Shown here: piece by piece, positions 62,751 to 64,000 of the stretch
Position numbering within the stretch: the first letter of the stretch is position 1
Layout of the letters: each line of letters begins with the position of its first letter
From: Candidatus Aenigmatarchaeota archaeon
GTDB taxonomy: Archaea > Aenigmatarchaeota > Aenigmatarchaeia > GW2011-AR5
Assembly: GCA_016187335.1 (NCBI GenBank)
Contig: JACPJW010000001.1
Span: 288,001 to 352,000 of the forward strand
DNA length: 64,000 nucleotides
Direction: 5' to 3'
Position numbers and translations under genes: made by a program
Notes under the pieces: generated by a model
Told to the model about the DNA's origin: nothing
The model's database searches: none
The model's input: the letters and a program-made list of their open reading frames with translations, nothing else

Positions 62751-64000
62751 TTACTTCATCACAACTCTGTCGCCGGAACTGCCGTGGTACGTTATCTGCA
62801 GTTCTCCGCCGCACTCGCAGCTGCCTGACAAAGGCGGCCTTGAAAAGGATTTGGAGCATTTCTTGCACTCAAACCCTTCGTATCCTTCCAGCGTCTGGTT
62901 ATAATCAACGCTTATCTCGTGCTTCATCTTTCTCTTGTTTCCGTTCATGAGGTCGCCCAGGCTTATCTGCCTGCCTAATCCAAGCACCTCGCTTTTGTCT
63001 ATCCCTAACGACATGAAAATCCTTTCCACAGGAGGGAAAACCTGGCTGTTGATGTAGTAGTCCGAATCTATGTGCAGGCTGTTTGTCCTGGTGTATTCCG
63101 GATCCTCTGCTCTTTTCGAAAGCATCTGGTTTCCGCGGATAATGACGAAGCCGAGCCTGTCGCCTATTTTCGGCGGGCTGTGGGGGTTGCGCGCCTTCAG
63201 TTTCTTGGCCAGTTCGATGTGGGGAAGCATGCCTTCATAGGAGTCTATGCTTTTTGTGACTCCCTTGACTATCGTCAGCTTCTCCAGCGGCACCCTGTTG
63301 CTGCGGAGGTCTTCAATGACAGCCCTTACTTTTTCTATCGCCTTCTGAAGGTCGCCCTCTTTTAAGATGGTTTCAATCACGTTTTCCATGATTTCTGGAA
63401 CCAGCAGGCACCAGTCACGTCTCACCGTCTCGATTCCCTTCATCTCTATGTTGTCAACCCATCCGCTGTCCGTCATCTCGAACTTCCATCCTGCATACCG
63501 CTTTTTTGACAGGATGAGGAATGTCCTGTATATTTTCTCGAACTGCAGCTCCAGATGGCCTGGCAGGTTCTTTGTAACGTGCTCGGCGATTTTATCGCCT
63601 AGGTTCTTCGCTTCGTCCAGTTTTTTTATTTTTGTTTTCAAAAAGATGCTGTCGGTGTCGCCGTAAACGACCTCAACGTCAAAATTTTTTTCTATGAGGT
63701 CCTTTGTTTTCATTATGTTCTCGCGGCCGTAGGCTGTTATAGCGTTAGCGACTTCGATGATGTAAAGCCGCGCCCGTATGTATCCGGTGTAGCCGTAGAA
63801 CGAGTTATGCAGCACAATCCCCTGTGCTGTAACAAACATCTCTGTATCGCGCACCGACAAATCATACACATAATCGGAAGAGGCGTAGCGTGATATTTCA
63901 GGTCTTTGGCCAAAGAGGTCGCCGGATATTATCTTATGTCCATGGGAGGTCTTTCTTCTTGATATGCGGTATAGCCCGTCGAAAGAGTTATGCTGCACGC
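62751..64000 (-). CDS. polB: Family B DNA polymerase, 3' part (5' end beyond the window), intein-containing, with a C-terminal Zn finger
   Basis: SFYGY, YGDTDS, KRYAG, KGIETVRRDW, YYINSQV, PIP-like QISLGDLM. Confidence 0.95.
   Translation of the reverse strand, partial: VQHNSFDGLYRISRRKTSHGHKIISGDLFGQRPEISRYASSDYVYDLSVRDTEMFVTAQGIVLHNSFYGYTGYIRARLYIIEVANAITAYGRENIMKTKDLIEKNFDVEVVYGDTDSIFLKTKIKKLDEAKNLGDKIAEHVTKNLPGHLELQFEKIYRTFLILSKKRYAGWKFEMTDSGWVDNIEMKGIETVRRDWCLLVPEIMENVIETILKEGDLQKAIEKVRAVIEDLRSNRVPLEKLTIVKGVTKSIDSYEGMLPHIELAKKLKARNPHSPPKIGDRLGFVIIRGNQMLSKRAEDPEYTRTNSLHIDSDYYINSQVFPPVERIFMSLGIDKSEVLGLGRQISLGDLMNGNKRKMKHEISVDYNQTLEGYEGFECKKCSKSFSRPPLSGSCECGGELQITYHGSSGDRVVMK
63804..64000 (-). 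mobile_element. C-terminal part of an intein at the PolB motif-B (N/SFYGY) site
   Basis: Block F YVYDLSV, block G VLHN, +1 Ser of SFYGY. Confidence 0.88.

Noticed and set aside
1-64000. CRISPR arrays, tRNA/rRNA genes, IS elements, integrases
   Set aside because: No regularly spaced repeats, cloverleaf or rRNA signatures, or transposase/recombinase motifs were seen by eye. The intergenic spaces are short. tRNAscan and Infernal were not run.
1-64000. Numerous 60-230 aa antisense or alternative-frame ORFs in the track (e.g. 2447-3100, 11815-12498, 12861-13523, 38889-39569, 42169-42831)
   Set aside because: They lie opposite or inside well-supported genes and lack motifs or RBSs; expected shadow ORFs.

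Overview
Archaeal chromosome segment. Evidence: archaeal-type TyrRS, TpiA, NAC, secF-secD, family-B polymerase, histone, GGTGA/GAGG ribosome-binding sites and TATA-like boxes. The overall look is DPANN-like, possibly Aenigmarchaeota, which is inference only. The left arm (1-13 kb) carries housekeeping genes: topA with a C-terminal C2H2 finger, serS, a frameshifted serB, tyrS, a beta-CASP RNase, rtcA and a half-domain Hsp20. The centre (about 13.2-57 kb) is one large surface-glycosylation locus. It contains a GDP-heptose operon (hddA-gmhA fusion, gmhB, hddC, tpiA, rpiB, rpe) opposite a ribbon-helix-helix/nucleotidyltransferase fusion regulator, 7 GT4 and 4 GT2 glycosyltransferases, 4 methyltransferases and 4 SDR epimerases/dehydratases. 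It also has an RfbH/ColD-like PLP enzyme, two GT-C-like membrane proteins, an EryC/AlsE/alditol-dehydrogenase/nucleotidyltransferase module, flippases, and an oligosaccharyltransferase AglB split into two genes. The right arm holds secF, secD, nac, a TctA-family permease, a 58-aa histone missed by the ORF track, and the 3' part of an intein-containing PolB whose C-terminus resembles the PolD DP2 zinc finger. I saw no rRNA, tRNA, CRISPR array, transposase or integrase. All family assignments come from motif recognition by eye; no database searches were run.
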